Shown here: in pieces, positions 62,210-64,000 of the stretch | Numbering within the stretch: position 1 is the first letter of the stretch | Layout: every line of letters starts with the position of its first letter | Assembly: GCF_006345805.1 (NCBI RefSeq) | Contig: NC_042997.1 | Span: 44,764,001 to 44,828,000, forward strand | Direction: 5' to 3' | DNA length: 64,000 bases | Origin: Octopus sinensis | Lineage: Eukaryota | Notes under the pieces: model-generated | What the model saw: the letters and a program-made list of their open reading frames with translations, nothing else | What the model was told of the DNA's origin: nothing | The model's database searches: none | Translations under genes and position numbers: made by a program

Positions 62210-63255
62210 TGTTTAATCTATGGATGTGACAACTGTTCATACGAAGGTGAAGGCTGCAATTCTTTAACTCAGTGTCTCCAAAATGTAACGGTAATGGTGT
62301 GGTGTGGTGCATAAATGTGGAAGGGCATGCGAGATAAAGGAAGTTAACTTCTTGCATAGTTGGTGTTTGTGTTCTCGTCATTGTGTAGAAGTAACCTACA
62401 GATAGCAATGGAGTTCTTGAGAAAAGAAAGTGAGTTAGTGAGAGTGGTGGGACGAAACAACTGCTTCGTTGGTGAGTTATCATAATTGTCCCTTTGAACC
62501 TTTTCCTTTAGAGACGGCGTTTTGTTCAGCCGGTCAGTCAGACTCGGTTCTCACTAACTGACTTTGGCTTACGGAGTTCTTGTTTTTATAACTATTCAGA
62601 TGGAGAGACATATTGTTGAGAACAATAGAGTTCGTTGATGATACCTGTTATCTCAATTCCAGCTTTTGGTGGCCTAGAAGAGGTTAGAAGGGTGAAGTGG
62701 CAAAGACATTATTTTGCTTAGCGAAGGCATCTGGCAAATGTAACTGGGATCTTTTCAATCTCAGTCACAGATTTGGCTGCAACCGTACTTCCAAATACAA
62801 AAAATAAAATACTACAGGCAAGTAAACAAAAGTTGATGAAAATTAAGCAAAAGTTAAATAAAACAAGAGTCGTGAAAATAATTAGAAGCAGTAAGCAAAA
62901 ATATCAAAAACACAGCAGCCAAGCTGAAGAACGAACTGAATAAACCACACGAGGTTGAAAAATGAATTTAACAACAGATGACCCAAAAGTTGTTGCTCTT
63001 CCATTACTTTCGCAAAAAGCAGTAACTTTCTTCAGCTAAATACACGTCATTGATTGGTTAAAATTACCCAAATGCGGCAACTTTAACACGAAATAACTTC
63101 TAAAATACAAAACTTTATCAAAAACGTTAAGAGCGTCAGACAAAATGTAATATCTTGCGATTTTCCAGCTCTTCACTTTTCAAGTAAAATCATACTAAGG
63201 TCAAATCTGATGTAGGTATGACAATTGTTATTTCTGTGGTAAACACAAAGGCAGA

Positions 63256-63480
63256 GGCGGCGAGCTGGCAGAAACGTTAGCACGCTGGGCGAAATGCTTT
63301 GCGGTATTTCGTCTGTCGTTACGTTGTGAGTTCAAATTCCGCCGAGGTCGACTTTGCCTTTCATCCTTTCGGGGTCGATAAATTAAGTACCAGTTACGCA
63401 CTGGGGTCGATGTAATCGACTTAATACCTATGTCTGTCCCCTCTGTGTTTAGCCCCTTGTGGGTAATAAAGAAATAGGTA
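63256..63480 (+). mobile_element. Full-length tRNA-derived SINE (second family)
   Basis: ggcggcgagctggcagaaacgttagcacgc...ttcaaattcc...gtaataaagaaatagg; an inverted partial copy lies at 63530-63658. Confidence 0.85.
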
Positions 63481-63658
63481 AACACAAAGGCAGACAAAAT
63501 ATAAAGAACGTGAAAAACGGACGAAATACCAATTTCTTTACTACCCACAAGGGGCTAAACACAGAGGGGACAAACAAGGACAGACAAACGGATTAAGTCG
63601 ATTATATCGACTCCAGTGCGTAACTGGTCCTTAATTTAATCGACCTCGAAAGGATGAA

Positions 63659-64000
63659 GGTTAATATAGGGCGTAACAAATATCAGAAAATCCCAAAAAA
63701 AATGTGTGTAATAGGTGTAAAACAACTTCCTATGAACGAATATGAAAAAAAAAATTCGCGCACGCGAAAGGGGGGTGGGGGAGAGGCCTCGGAAAATTCA
63801 CATCGGGAAGTTCCGAAAGCGTCTGAGGAGCTGACCCGGGCACCAAAACAAAAAAAAAATAGTGTAATATGTGTAAAACAACTTGCTCTAAACGAATATG
63901 ACAAAAAAAAATGCGCTCTCGCGAAAGAGGGGTGGGGGAGAGGCCTCGGAATATTTATATCGGGAATTTCCGAAAGCGTCTGAACCGGGCACAAAAACAA
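63659..64000 (+). mobile_element. Second insertion of the Merlin-like foldback (runs off the window)
   Basis: Starts GGTTAATATAGGGCG; shares diagnostic variants with the 58517-59302 arm; interrupts a SINE. Confidence 0.8.

Noticed and set aside
62200-62700. Possible host exon or L2 remnant
   Set aside because: Neither splice-bounded coding signal nor convincing LINE motifs.

Overview
AT-rich, repeat-saturated eukaryotic DNA. The tRNA-derived SINE families, the RTE/CR1/Penelope repertoire and the microsatellite load look like an octopod cephalopod genome (recognised by eye, not by database search). I see no supportable host protein-coding gene; almost all ORFs are transposon remnants or microsatellite read-throughs. 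The main observation is a set of 1.4-2.1 kb L1/Tx1-like retroelements that carry only ORF1 (RRM-like region plus CCHC knuckle), with no endonuclease or RT. They insert at one fixed 13-bp site (AAGTAGCTTGCTT) between the A- and B-boxes of a tRNA-derived SINE head. One copy (16191-18213) splits a complete SINE with a target duplication, and three more are stacked head-to-tail at one site (971-5348). Also present: a related Tx1-like element with an ORF2 start, an internally deleted R4/Dong element in (TAA)n, RTE and CR1 remnants, modular Helitrons, Tc1/mariner/Tigger/hAT derivatives, and a non-autonomous LTR element with a tRNA-Trp PBS. There is also a Merlin-like foldback with an 8-bp TSD, Penelope-like inverted repeats (a GIY-YIG pair and a hammerhead-ribozyme palindrome), and a 4.9-kb (CCAT)n satellite with strand switches.
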